NCBI GenBank assembly: GCA_963826715.1
Contig: CAWGYA010000002.1
Coordinates: 320,001-384,000, forward strand
Source: Candidatus Bathyarchaeota archaeon
Lineage (GTDB): Archaea; Thermoproteota; Bathyarchaeia; Bathyarchaeales; Bathycorpusculaceae
DNA: 64,000 nt
Reading direction: 5' to 3'
Position numbers and translations under genes: made by a program. Position 1 is the stretch's first letter. The number at the start of each line of letters is the position of its first letter. Positions 21,980 to 31,389 of this stretch are shown here, one piece after another. The notes under the pieces were generated by a model. The model did no database searches and was not told the origin of the DNA. It was given only the letters and a program-made list of their open reading frames with translations.

Positions 21980-22200
21980 CTGGCGTAACTTGCATAGAAA
22001 CCGTCAAGAGTTCTTGGCTTCGGTTGCTTTTAATTTCTGTGTTTATTTTTGAATTATCTTTTCCTTTACTTGCATGTCCGCAGCGTGTAATTCGCCAACT
22101 CTTCATGTGCCTCTAATAATTTGAGGGTTACTTGTTAGTTATAGAAGGGCATTTTCGTTTGCGAACTATATAGGTCGGCGATGAAGTTTTCATAAACGTT
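21980..22200 (-). pseudogene. second GNAT-like remnant, paralogous to 18482-18900
   Basis: FIADLYSSQTKMPFY..SNPQIIRG..WRITRCGHASKG..INTEI..TVSMQ aligns by eye to the first remnant. Ends approximate. Confidence 0.55.
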
Positions 22201-22336
22201 TTTACGAGTTGCCTTTGATGTAAAGATGTTATTGGGCTCTATTGAGAGTATAGCGTCTCAACTCTTCAACTTTGCCCAAGCTTTACTGTGCCTTCCCTGA
22301 GTTTAACTCCAACACCTGGAGAATAGACAACAAAAC

Positions 22337-22517
22337 GAGTTAACTCTCAAGACAACACAAAACAAGACAACACATAATTTGTATTGATTCTTAGAAAAAT
22401 AATTATTGGTTTTAGAGGGGTTTGCTGGGGTTCTGGCGTTTTCTTTAGGAGAAAAGAACTCAAATGCAAACACGATGAACTATGACGTTTCACCGTTAAC
22501 CAGAGCCCTCTCAGCCC
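22337..22517. repeat. ~180-bp structured repeat, copy 1
   Basis: Colinear and highly similar to 26351-26535; begins about 70 nt past the stop of the PQQ-propeller gene. Confidence 0.9.
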
Positions 22518-22587
22518 AATTAATAATTCCTTCAATTACTTGTTATTGGTAAACTTAAAAAAGGGGGGATAATTTTTTTGTATTCGC

Positions 22588-25203
22588 CTACTTTTTCCGA
22601 AGAATCAGAACGCCAATTATCGCGATTGCTATTACGATGACAACTACGCCCGCAATTAAAGCAGTCATCAGAGTGTTGGTTGTGGAATCAAAGGTTTGTG
22701 GAGTTTGAGTTGGAGGTTGTGTTGCCGCATAGCTTACCGTTGCGTAAGTTGTTGCCCAAGAACTACCGTATGATTCATCACCGGCAAATGTCGCAGTAAT
22801 CTTGTATTGCCCTGCAATGTCGGGTGTCCATGTGTAGCCAAAGTTTCCCTTCTCATCACTGGTAACTGTTGCGATATGGAAAAAGTTGTTGTTGGGGTCT
22901 ATGACATCTATAGAAACTGGAACGCCTGTTACTGTTACGTTGTGGTAAAAGCCATCGATTGGTCGCTGCATGTGCAGGTACTCCATATAGGCAGACATTG
23001 AGTCTTTCGATACGCACGCGGCACCTATTTGAGCTGGAGATTGATCTAAAACAGTGCCTGAAATTACTGCGCTTTCTCCTACAATGATACCTGTTTGAGG
23101 AGATGCTACGGTTGTTTGACTTTCTCCTTTACCGAATACGTACATGTAGCCATCGTATTTGTTGTCGTAGGTTAAGTATCCATCCGCGACTGCGCCTGCT
23201 GAGCCTCCGCCTGAGATGTCCCAGAGGTATTCGCCGGTTGTTGCGTTAAGTGCCCATAGTCTCCAGCCTCTTGCGAGGGGTTCTGTGGGTGAGTGTTCTC
23301 CGTTCGCATAGTAGAGTACGCCATCTGCGATTTGGGGTGAGTTGCTAAACAGTGTTGAGGAGGGATATGTTGCTGATTCGAAGGGCGCCGTGGGTGTAGA
23401 GAAATTCCAGACTATGTCTCCTGTGTTCCAATCAAGTGCGTAGAAGCCTGCGTATGAAAAGTCATAGATTAAGCCGCCGTATGAAGCTATAGTGTAGGCT
23501 CCGAAGTCTCCCCAGGGATATTCTTCGCCGCCGGGAGTTCCGGGTTTGTTGCTTTGCCATAGTTGCTGTCCTGTTTGTAGATTCCAGCAGTCCCACCATC
23601 CGCCTAAAACGCGTACTGTGACTTTTCCATGGTCAGCGCAGAGTCCTGTGGGGAAGAAGATGTCATCGGTTGTTACGTTCCAAAGGAGTTGGCCAGTTAT
23701 TATGCTTGCTGCCATAAGGTTTTGGCCAAGTGCATGTCCTGCGCCTGCAGGTATTATTGAAGCTGAACTTACAGCAATGTTTGATTCGTAGTCAACTGAG
23801 CCTAAACTGCTGAATGGATATGAAACATTGCTTATAATTCTGGTGCTAAAGTCTGTGCTGGTGCCTGTGGTTGTCCAGTTTATGAGTTGGTACTTACCAC
23901 CACCCATGTTTTGTGTACTTAGAACATAAGGGTCGTTGTATGTTGTTGCTGATGTAACTGGCAGCGAAATGTTGGCTTTTACTGCACCACTCCAAGGATC
24001 GTATTTTATCATCCTTGATGATCCAATATATACCAGCGAAAATGTGCCAGTACCCATGCCTGTCTGGTCGGCACCTGGAACTGAGGTACCGACTTCGTTA
24101 AAGGTTATGAATGTTGGCGGTTGTGTTATGCCTGTTTGTTCCCAATAGATTTCTCCAGTTCTAATGTCGTAACATTGCCATACGCTTGTGGTCTGAATAA
24201 CTGTGTTACCGCTTACAGTAGTAGTCATTGGTTTGCTGATTGTTTGGTATCCTCTGCCTTGGAATATAATGTTTGGTGTGCCTGCATATGTACTTTCACC
24301 GGGTCCTACTGAGCGGTAGCCGAATTGTCCTCCTGCTATACCTGCGAGTGCACCCTGCCTCAACCATGCTATGTGGGAGGTTTTTGGTCCTTGGACGTAT
24401 GGGGTGAATTTGTAGTTGCTTGAATATGCGTTAGTGTCTGCTGGCCAATCAGTTCCGCCCCCTACACCAGTAAAGGGGTAGTGTCCGCCAATAGTCCACC
24501 ATTCGCGGTTTTCTATGGGTATGGGGCGTGTCCAGAAGTCACTTGGAAGAGGTGCTGCTGGCCATGAATAGACTAAGTCTTCCTGTACTGTCAGCGATAC
24601 TTCTTTGCTGGTTGAGCCTTGATACCATGCTGATTCTAGATTTGCTGGTCCACCAAATCCCATGCCACCTGTGTTTGTTCCTGGCGGAAGATCTGCTGTA
24701 GTTGCATAGTATACACCATTATAATACCATCCTGCTGCGAAGTAGTTGCCTGGGAAGTTGAATTTGAATTTGTATGTACCCACTTGATCTACACTGTATT
24801 GTATCCATGCTGTTGAATCGCCTTGATATGAGTTTAAGGGTCCGATAGTTTCAGTTGCGTTGTTTGGTTTTGTGACTGTTATGGTGTATCCTGAAAAGTA
24901 TCTGTTGTATTGTACCGGGGGTTCAAGCCACAAGTTTATGAGCGCTGATTGTCCCTGGCCTAATGGGTTTGGACTGACACTGATGAAAGCGGTTGTTGCG
25001 ATTGTCACATTTGGAGTAATACCTGACGGAGGTGATATAGGCCAAGATGTTAGTTGCGGTGCGCCGATCTGTTCAACTTCTGCATTTGCAGGAAAAGATA
25101 CGATCATTGAGGGAACTAAAGCCATCAGTAAAAAAGCAATTAATATTGTTTTAACTTTAGATGTTCTCATCGGGATATGCCTTCTTATTATTTGTTTTTT
25201 CAC
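22588..25203 (-). CDS. secreted PQQ-like beta-propeller surface protein with C-terminal TM anchor
   Basis: Signal peptide, repeated A(L/I)DxxTGxxxW propeller motifs, WTRPI, Ig-like C-domain, TM plus RKK. Confidence 0.92.
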   Translation of the reverse strand: MKKQIIRRHIPMRTSKVKTILIAFLLMALVPSMIVSFPANAEVEQIGAPQLTSWPISPPSGITPNVTIATTAFISVSPNPLGQGQSALINLWLEPPVQYNRYFSGYTITVTKPNNATETIGPLNSYQGDSTAWIQYSVDQVGTYKFKFNFPGNYFAAGWYYNGVYYATTADLPPGTNTGGMGFGGPANLESAWYQGSTSKEVSLTVQEDLVYSWPAAPLPSDFWTRPIPIENREWWTIGGHYPFTGVGGGTDWPADTNAYSSNYKFTPYVQGPKTSHIAWLRQGALAGIAGGQFGYRSVGPGESTYAGTPNIIFQGRGYQTISKPMTTTVSGNTVIQTTSVWQCYDIRTGEIYWEQTGITQPPTFITFNEVGTSVPGADQTGMGTGTFSLVYIGSSRMIKYDPWSGAVKANISLPVTSATTYNDPYVLSTQNMGGGKYQLINWTTTGTSTDFSTRIISNVSYPFSSLGSVDYESNIAVSSASIIPAGAGHALGQNLMAASIITGQLLWNVTTDDIFFPTGLCADHGKVTVRVLGGWWDCWNLQTGQQLWQSNKPGTPGGEEYPWGDFGAYTIASYGGLIYDFSYAGFYALDWNTGDIVWNFSTPTAPFESATYPSSTLFSNSPQIADGVLYYANGEHSPTEPLARGWRLWALNATTGEYLWDISGGGSAGAVADGYLTYDNKYDGYMYVFGKGESQTTVASPQTGIIVGESAVISGTVLDQSPAQIGAACVSKDSMSAYMEYLHMQRPIDGFYHNVTVTGVPVSIDVIDPNNNFFHIATVTSDEKGNFGYTWTPDIAGQYKITATFAGDESYGSSWATTYATVSYAATQPPTQTPQTFDSTTNTLMTALIAGVVVIVIAIAIIGVLILRKK

Positions 25204-25346
25204 TTTCTTTTCTTGAAAGAAGTATTCTTAAGAATACAATCATTCAAAAACAGAGTTTCTGCATTTTAATTATTTAAAATAGAGCCGTAAGGTGAACTTA
25301 TGACAATAAGTTAATTTTAAATGCATTCCAGAATAATATAACAACT

Positions 25347-26159
25347 ATGCAACAAATCTCTGAAAAAGAGGATGCTCAGATTCTCTCAGAGTTGGGATTA
25401 ACTAATAACCAAATTAAAATTTATTTTGCACTTCTTAAATTAGGCACATCAGCTAAGGCAAGCACGATATGTCAAGTTTCAGGTGTTCCGCGGCAAGATG
25501 TTTATCGAGTGCTACTTGAACTTCAGCAAATAGGTATTGTTGAGAAAATATTAGCAATACCAAGCGAGTTTATTGCTGTTAATCCAAAAAAAGCCGTGCA
25601 GATCCTAATCCAAAATAAAATTCAGCATATTTCTGAGTTAAATGATAAATCAGAAATATTTATTAGAAATGCAACAAAACGCTACACCAATATACCGCCA
25701 TTACAGAATAAAGACAAGTTTACTTTAATTACGGAAAAACAAGCAATAATACAAACAATTAAAGAGACTACTGAAAAAACGAAACATACTTTTTACTGTA
25801 TTGCTCCAAAAAGAGAATTTTTATCCTGCTTAGCTATCTTATCAGAGTCTCTAAGCATGATTAAAAGCAGAGGCGTGATCATAAAATGGGTAACACAAAT
25901 ACCAGACCGAGAAAACACTCAAAAATTTTTTAGTATTTTGCCAGAAAACCGCGATTTTAAGGTAAAATATATCGCTAAAAGACCTACTGTAAAATTTGCC
26001 TTAGCTGACGAGAAAGAAATTGTCCTGGCGGCGTTTGAGGAAGGCAACTTTGCTGAAACGCCGGCTTTAGTTACAAACAGTCCAGCTGTTATATCCTTAG
26101 CAAGAAATTACTTTAATACATGCTGGAAACAAGGAAAAGAATTAAATCATGCTACATAA
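25347..26159 (+). CDS. TrmB-family transcription regulator
   Basis: LGLT...IYFALL...SGVPRQDVYRVL..L...G.VE HTH; C-terminal PLD-like effector domain (D.KE...TNSP...YF..W). Confidence 0.9.
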   Translation: MQQISEKEDAQILSELGLTNNQIKIYFALLKLGTSAKASTICQVSGVPRQDVYRVLLELQQIGIVEKILAIPSEFIAVNPKKAVQILIQNKIQHISELNDKSEIFIRNATKRYTNIPPLQNKDKFTLITEKQAIIQTIKETTEKTKHTFYCIAPKREFLSCLAILSESLSMIKSRGVIIKWVTQIPDRENTQKFFSILPENRDFKVKYIAKRPTVKFALADEKEIVLAAFEEGNFAETPALVTNSPAVISLARNYFNTCWKQGKELNHAT

Positions 26160-26350
26160 CCAAAAAATTGTACTCTTAGTTCCTTCACTTTTTCAGCCTC
26201 GGAAAAGCCTAATAATTCGAGCTTTTACAATTCTAAGCGCCTAATAGTTGCTTCCATGCTTTGCCGCTCCCCTGAAATTGAAGTCTTCCTTCAATCACAA
26301 TATATCCTCATATCTGATATTGAGACTATAAACAGGCTGCGGATTCTAGA

Positions 26351-26535
26351 GAGATAGCTATCTAAGACAACCCAAAACGAGACAACAAATAACTTGTATG
26401 GATTCTAAGAAAAATAATTATTGGTTTTAGAGGGGTTTGCTGAGGCTCTGGCGTTTTTTTTAGGAGAAAGAACTCAAATGCAAACACGATTACTATGGCA
26501 TTTCATCGTAATGCTAATCAGAGCCTTCTCAGCCC
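26351..26535. repeat. ~180-bp structured repeat, copy 2
   Basis: Similar to 22337-22517; begins about 60 nt past the stop of the second PQQ-propeller gene. Confidence 0.9.
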
Positions 26536-26594
26536 CCATTTTTTGCCAATGCATATAACTAAAAAAGGGAAGATAGTTTTGTTGTTTGGTTTGT

Positions 26595-29117
26595 TTATGG
26601 TCGTTTTCGAAGCATCAAAATTATCGCTGCGCCGACTAATACGATCACAACAATAATTGCCGCTATGCCTGGAAGTATGAATGTGTCAGCCATTGATGGT
26701 GCTATTGTTGGTGCTGCTGTGGGTGTTGGTGCTGCTGGATCAACTGCGAAAGAAGTTACAGCATGCGATGGCCAGTATGATTCACTGCCGCCAAAGCTTG
26801 CATATACGGTGTATTGTCCTTCGATGTCTGGTTTCCAGTTGAATGTGAAGAAGCCATCGGAAGTTGTGGTGGTGCCGATTTCTCGATAGTTGCCGTTAGC
26901 ATCAACAACGCTTAGAGTAATGGGGACGCCGATTGTGTCTGTGGGTCTTGCCTGCTGCATATAGAGGTACTCCATCCAGCTGCTCATGCTTTCGTCCGCA
27001 ACTACTGGAACGCCGCTTGGGAATCTCAATGTTAGTTCGCTTTGTTTTGTGCCTGGTGATGTATCGGTTACTGTGCCACGTATTGTAACTGATGAACCTA
27101 AGGTTGCTGAGACGAGGGGTGCTTCGGCTGTGACTGCACTTGTGCCTTTGCCGATGTTGTAGAGGTCTCCATCGTAATTGTTGAATTCAATCAGGTTCCC
27201 ATCTGCGACAACGGTACCTGTTGCCCACGATGATATATTCCAGACTGATGTGCCGTCAGTTGCGTTAATTGCGAAGATTTTTGCTCCACGATAAAGCGGG
27301 TCATTGGGGGTGTGCTCGTTTACTGTTGCAAAGACTACGCCATCAGCGATTGTAACTCCGCCATAGAATGGATAGTGACCATATGCTGTGTCGATGGTGG
27401 TTCCACTATAGAATTCCCACACCGTTTCGCCTGTCTTAATGTCGATTGCGTGGACAACGCCGTCATAGCCTACAGTGAAAATTTTGCCGTATGCAACTTG
27501 TGGGTTTGGTGCGCCTGCGCCTGCAAATGAAGCGCTGTACATACCAAAGGAGTCATTGTATGCTTCTGTTGGACCCCAGATTTTTTCTCCTGTTCGTGCA
27601 TTAAATCCATACCATTGCGTAGCTTCTTGCTTGAACCAAGCAAAGCAGCCCTCAGATACTGGGCTAAAGTTGTATTGTGGTCGAATTGTGTAATCGGTTA
27701 GGTTCATAACCCAAAGGTTCTCGCCTGTTTTTGCATCATAGCCTATAACGGTTCTGACTGGTGGGTTAGCTTCTCTAAAAGCAGCAGCAGTGATTAATAC
27801 ACCGTCGCCAAATGAACTGATTGTCTGACCGGTTATGTTCGGGATTGTTACGTTCCACATTAAGCCGTCAGCCCAATTGTATGTGCGTGTAAGGCTAGAT
27901 GAGAAGGTAAAGCTGTTGGTTGGGTTGGTAGCTTTAGTAGAATTCCAAAGAGTCATCCAATTCGCGTTAGTATTTATTGTGTAGATTAATACGTCACCAG
28001 TTTCTGACATTGCAACTTTAGTAGCAGCTTGGCATCCAGTAACCGTTAGCAACGCATTACCGGTGTAAGCATCATACAATGTAGCGGTACCGCCAAAGCT
28101 GGGGTAATTCCAAAGGTAAGCATCGACCCCGTGAGCATTAATGTTCTCAGTCGCCAGAAGCTGACCAAACCTGATTGTTGTACCATTTTTGAACCAGAGT
28201 TCTTCGCCAGTAGCCAAGTCAACACATGACAAGCCTTGCACCATAGCAGAGGCGGCGAATGTTGGGTGATAATAAAGTCTGCCGTTGAGAACAACTGCGC
28301 TTGTTCCATAGTTAAATTTCGCTTGATAGGATAAGCCTGTGTAGTAGTCTGATTGATTAAAGTTGTCACCTACAACGCCAGCGAAAGACTGTGGAATAGT
28401 CCAGAGAATGTGAGAAGTTTTTGGAGCTGCAGAGTATGGGTTAAAGGTTCCGTCCTCATTGCAACCTGATGCAAACTGCAAGGGTAGACCAAGCCAGTTA
28501 CCACCTAGTACGTGCCATTCATAATTTTGTGCATTGATTGGTCTGGTCCAGTATTCTGTTGGGAGTGGTGCGCCTGGGGTTGAATAAATTGGTTCTTCCT
28601 GCACGGTTATTTTTACTAAGTGACTTACACTGGGTCTATAGTAATCCGTAGTTTGGGGAGCTCCTGCTAATCGTGCACCAGTTAGCCATTCACCGCCATA
28701 GAAGAATTGGAAGGTGTATTCGCCTAATTGGTCAGGTATATAGCTGGTTGCAGTTGAACCGGTCGAATCAGAAGTGAAAGGACCCAAATTTTCAATGTGA
28801 CCATCAGGTCTTGTGACTTGCAATGAAAAGTTGGTGTAGGGGATAGCACGTTCAGTTGTAGTTTGAACAGTTGGCACTGGCGGAGGTTTATCTAGCCACA
28901 TAACTACAACAAGTTTCTGATCAACACCGACGGGATTAGGTCCAACAGAGAGTAATGAATAGGTTTCAATAGATATACTATCAGCTGCGATGACGGTCTG
29001 AGGTAAAGCCAATATTGGAATAGCGATAGATAATGCCAAAATCAATGTGAGAAAGACTGCATAGCAATTTCGAGATTTCTTGGTTGTTTTTATTGTGTTT
29101 AGAGTGTTTTGTGTCAT
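26595..29117 (-). CDS. secreted PQQ-like beta-propeller surface protein with C-terminal TM anchor
   Basis: Same architecture as 22588-25203 (YWTRPI, CVDLATGEELW, AINATDG, WMEYLYMQ, TM plus RKRP). Confidence 0.92.
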   Translation of the reverse strand: MTQNTLNTIKTTKKSRNCYAVFLTLILALSIAIPILALPQTVIAADSISIETYSLLSVGPNPVGVDQKLVVVMWLDKPPPVPTVQTTTERAIPYTNFSLQVTRPDGHIENLGPFTSDSTGSTATSYIPDQLGEYTFQFFYGGEWLTGARLAGAPQTTDYYRPSVSHLVKITVQEEPIYSTPGAPLPTEYWTRPINAQNYEWHVLGGNWLGLPLQFASGCNEDGTFNPYSAAPKTSHILWTIPQSFAGVVGDNFNQSDYYTGLSYQAKFNYGTSAVVLNGRLYYHPTFAASAMVQGLSCVDLATGEELWFKNGTTIRFGQLLATENINAHGVDAYLWNYPSFGGTATLYDAYTGNALLTVTGCQAATKVAMSETGDVLIYTINTNANWMTLWNSTKATNPTNSFTFSSSLTRTYNWADGLMWNVTIPNITGQTISSFGDGVLITAAAFREANPPVRTVIGYDAKTGENLWVMNLTDYTIRPQYNFSPVSEGCFAWFKQEATQWYGFNARTGEKIWGPTEAYNDSFGMYSASFAGAGAPNPQVAYGKIFTVGYDGVVHAIDIKTGETVWEFYSGTTIDTAYGHYPFYGGVTIADGVVFATVNEHTPNDPLYRGAKIFAINATDGTSVWNISSWATGTVVADGNLIEFNNYDGDLYNIGKGTSAVTAEAPLVSATLGSSVTIRGTVTDTSPGTKQSELTLRFPSGVPVVADESMSSWMEYLYMQQARPTDTIGVPITLSVVDANGNYREIGTTTTSDGFFTFNWKPDIEGQYTVYASFGGSESYWPSHAVTSFAVDPAAPTPTAAPTIAPSMADTFILPGIAAIIVVIVLVGAAIILMLRKRP

Positions 29118-29529
29118 TTTATTTTTTTCCTTTATTTTGTAATTAGCAGTTACGCTATCAATCGCTAATAAGACTCACGAACAATTTGTATTGACAAAAA
29201 AATTAAAAAAATGAAAGAAAACAAATTAATTATTGCTGTATTTTTACTTCATTCATCATGAAGTTATATTAATTCATGAAGATAGCAGTTCAACATCAAG
29301 TTTATTCTTTCTGGGATGACTTTAACTATCTTCTACAATAATCAAATCGAATTTTCTACACCCCATAAAAAGCAGGTGACGATATATCAAAATAGAAAAC
29401 TAAAATCTTTAACCATTGGCTTTGTTTAGAGAAGTATCAACAAATACGTATATTACAAAAAATTTTCGCTTAGGAACAAACGATAAAGGGAAAAGAAAAT
29501 AAGGCGAGACTGAAAAAGGTGTAGATGAA

Positions 29530-30198
29530 ATGATAGATCCCTTAGTAAGACTTATAATAGAACCTGCCTCAGCAATTATTTGCTTCATATTGGTATGGTA
29601 TATGGCAAAACCATTCCGCCTCACTGGCAAAGCCATTTTCCTCGGCTTACCACTTGGATTTGGCATTTTGGGCATATCACATGTTATCGCTGCATCTGTT
29701 GCATTTTCTACAGATTTGTCTTGGTTAATGCTTTTATTTAGAACATTCTCCTTCGTATTTCTCGCAACAGTCTATCTGTTTTCAAGTAGATCTTCAAAAA
29801 AAATACAACAACTATGGAACATATCCATTAGTGCAACAATCGTTACTCTTATCGCGTTATCGCTGCTATTATTTATCGCTCCACAAAATATCTGGCAAAA
29901 TTTTAGTACTGCTCAAATTTATTGCAGACTCTTTATGTTAATTTTCCTTTGCTACATTATTTTCCACACATTTAGAAGTCATGTTAGAACCCCAGATCCG
30001 ATGACAATTTGGATTCCTTTCGGATTTATCTTTCTTGCCTTAAGCCAGTATTCATTTTTTATGTGGTCTTTTGATTTCACTGACGCTGCTTTCTGGGGAG
30101 GAGTGGTTTTTCGTTTAGTAGGACTAGCCATTTTCCTTGTTGTCTCTTATCGAACTTTTAACAGTCCAAAGGAAATCAAAAATGTCAAAGATCCGTAG
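29530..30198 (+). CDS. 7-TM membrane protein, putative stand-alone sensor
   Basis: About 7 hydrophobic helices; overlaps the downstream wHTH gene. Confidence 0.75.
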   Translation: MIDPLVRLIIEPASAIICFILVWYMAKPFRLTGKAIFLGLPLGFGILGISHVIAASVAFSTDLSWLMLLFRTFSFVFLATVYLFSSRSSKKIQQLWNISISATIVTLIALSLLLFIAPQNIWQNFSTAQIYCRLFMLIFLCYIIFHTFRSHVRTPDPMTIWIPFGFIFLALSQYSFFMWSFDFTDAAFWGGVVFRLVGLAIFLVVSYRTFNSPKEIKNVKDP

Positions 30199-30457
30199 AG
30201 ATAGATTAAAAATCTATGGCGATCTGCTGGCCGTGCTCAACGAAGAAGCTAAAAACGAAAAAATAGTACTATCGTGGGTTCAAGTAAGAACCAATTTACC
30301 CTTCACTCGTTTAAAGAGCTTCATTCAGGACCTAATCAAACTTGGATTAATTGAAGACGAAGATACACTCAGACTTACCGAAAAAGGCAAACAATACATC
30401 AAAGAATATGGCAAAGTGCTAGAATTCATTAAACGCATGGGAATAACCTACAAATAA
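30182..30457 (+). CDS. winged-helix transcription regulator
   Basis: MSKIRRDRLKIYGDLL...TNLPF.RLK...L...GLI....LTEKG. Confidence 0.85.
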   Translation: MSKIRRDRLKIYGDLLAVLNEEAKNEKIVLSWVQVRTNLPFTRLKSFIQDLIKLGLIEDEDTLRLTEKGKQYIKEYGKVLEFIKRMGITYK

Positions 30458-30591
30458 AAACATCATTTAATGAAGCTACATTTTTCACAGACTTAGAAAA
30501 CATTTTTTTGTTGCAATTATAACTCTACATTTGATATTTAACAATCAACGACTTAAGGTAAATTTGTTTTTTAAAAAAGGAAAGAGATTGC

Positions 30592-30660
30592 TTATTCTTC
30601 GTCTTCGCAGTCGCAATCTTCATCGCAACAGCAGTCATCGTCTTCTTCTTCAAAAATCAT
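30592..30660 (-). CDS. 22-aa acidic, Cys-rich micro-protein
   Basis: ATG..TAA ORF MIFEEEDDDCCCDEDCDCEDEE; AGGT upstream, T-rich tract downstream. Confidence 0.5.
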   Translation of the reverse strand: MIFEEEDDDCCCDEDCDCEDEE

Positions 30661-30963
30661 AAGGCAAACCTACTCTGAAATCAATTTTGAGTTTAATAGC
30701 CATTTCGATACACGCAACAATTGGACATATGACCTGTCGCCGATTGAGACGATAGAGAGAATCAACCCAGATTTTATTTATTATTGTTTAAATATTCTGA
30801 TAAGAAGATAAAATCAAGAAACCTTTCCTAATATAGCCCAGATTTTGGAAGGGCCTTCACCAAGATAGTCTGGAAGGAGTTGAGCAAACAGGCAGGACAA
30901 AATCCTATACTCCGGAAAAGAATATAATAATGCCTCACAATAGCTGTAAAATGAGGCTTTAGG

Positions 30964-31317
30964 TTGTCTCTTAGTCAAACAGAATATGAATTTACCCTGC
31001 CTATTGGTTTTGTTGACGAAACCGGAAACTTGCACAGGAAAGGCGTGATGCGGATAGCAACTGCCGCAGATGAGATCCTACCGTTGAAGGATTCACACGT
31101 CCAACAAAACCCCGCCTATCTCTCCGTCATCATTCTATCAAGGGTAGTAACGAAACTTGGAGATCTGAGCTCAATAAGCACCAAAACGATCGAAAATCTA
31201 TCCGCTTCGGACTTTGTGTTTCTGCAAACATTGTACAACCGAATAAATGGTGAAGGCGTCAAGGCACCACAGTCCACAAGAAAACGCCCGCCCCACGAAC
31301 AAACGCGTCGCCTTTAG
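30964..31317 (+). CDS. phage/eCIS tail assembly chaperone-like protein
   Basis: TEYEFTLPIGFVD..G.LHR.GVMR.ATA.DEI.PL.D..V..NPAYL..ILSRV...LG pattern recognised from contractile injection system loci. Confidence 0.82.
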   Translation: MSLSQTEYEFTLPIGFVDETGNLHRKGVMRIATAADEILPLKDSHVQQNPAYLSVIILSRVVTKLGDLSSISTKTIENLSASDFVFLQTLYNRINGEGVKAPQSTRKRPPHEQTRRL

Positions 31318-31389
31318 CAGCTGAAATACAGCTAAAACCTATTAAGTTGATAATATTAAGTTTAATCTCGTATAGGTAAACGGTCTAAA

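Noticed and set aside
22337-26535. The two repeats as a CRISPR array or canonical integron attC sites
   Set aside because: Only two long copies 4 kb apart, no repeat-spacer periodicity, no cas genes, and no RYYYAAC/GTTRRRY ends.
26478-26558. SD-led peptide MQTRLLWHFIVMLIRAFSAPIFCQCI inside repeat copy 2 as a type I toxin
   Set aside because: Copy 1 stops after MQTR, so the peptide is not conserved.
30592-30678. Plus-strand hydrophobic frame LFFVFAVAIFIATAVIVFFFK
   Set aside because: No start codon; it is the expected antisense image of Asp/Glu codons on the minus strand.
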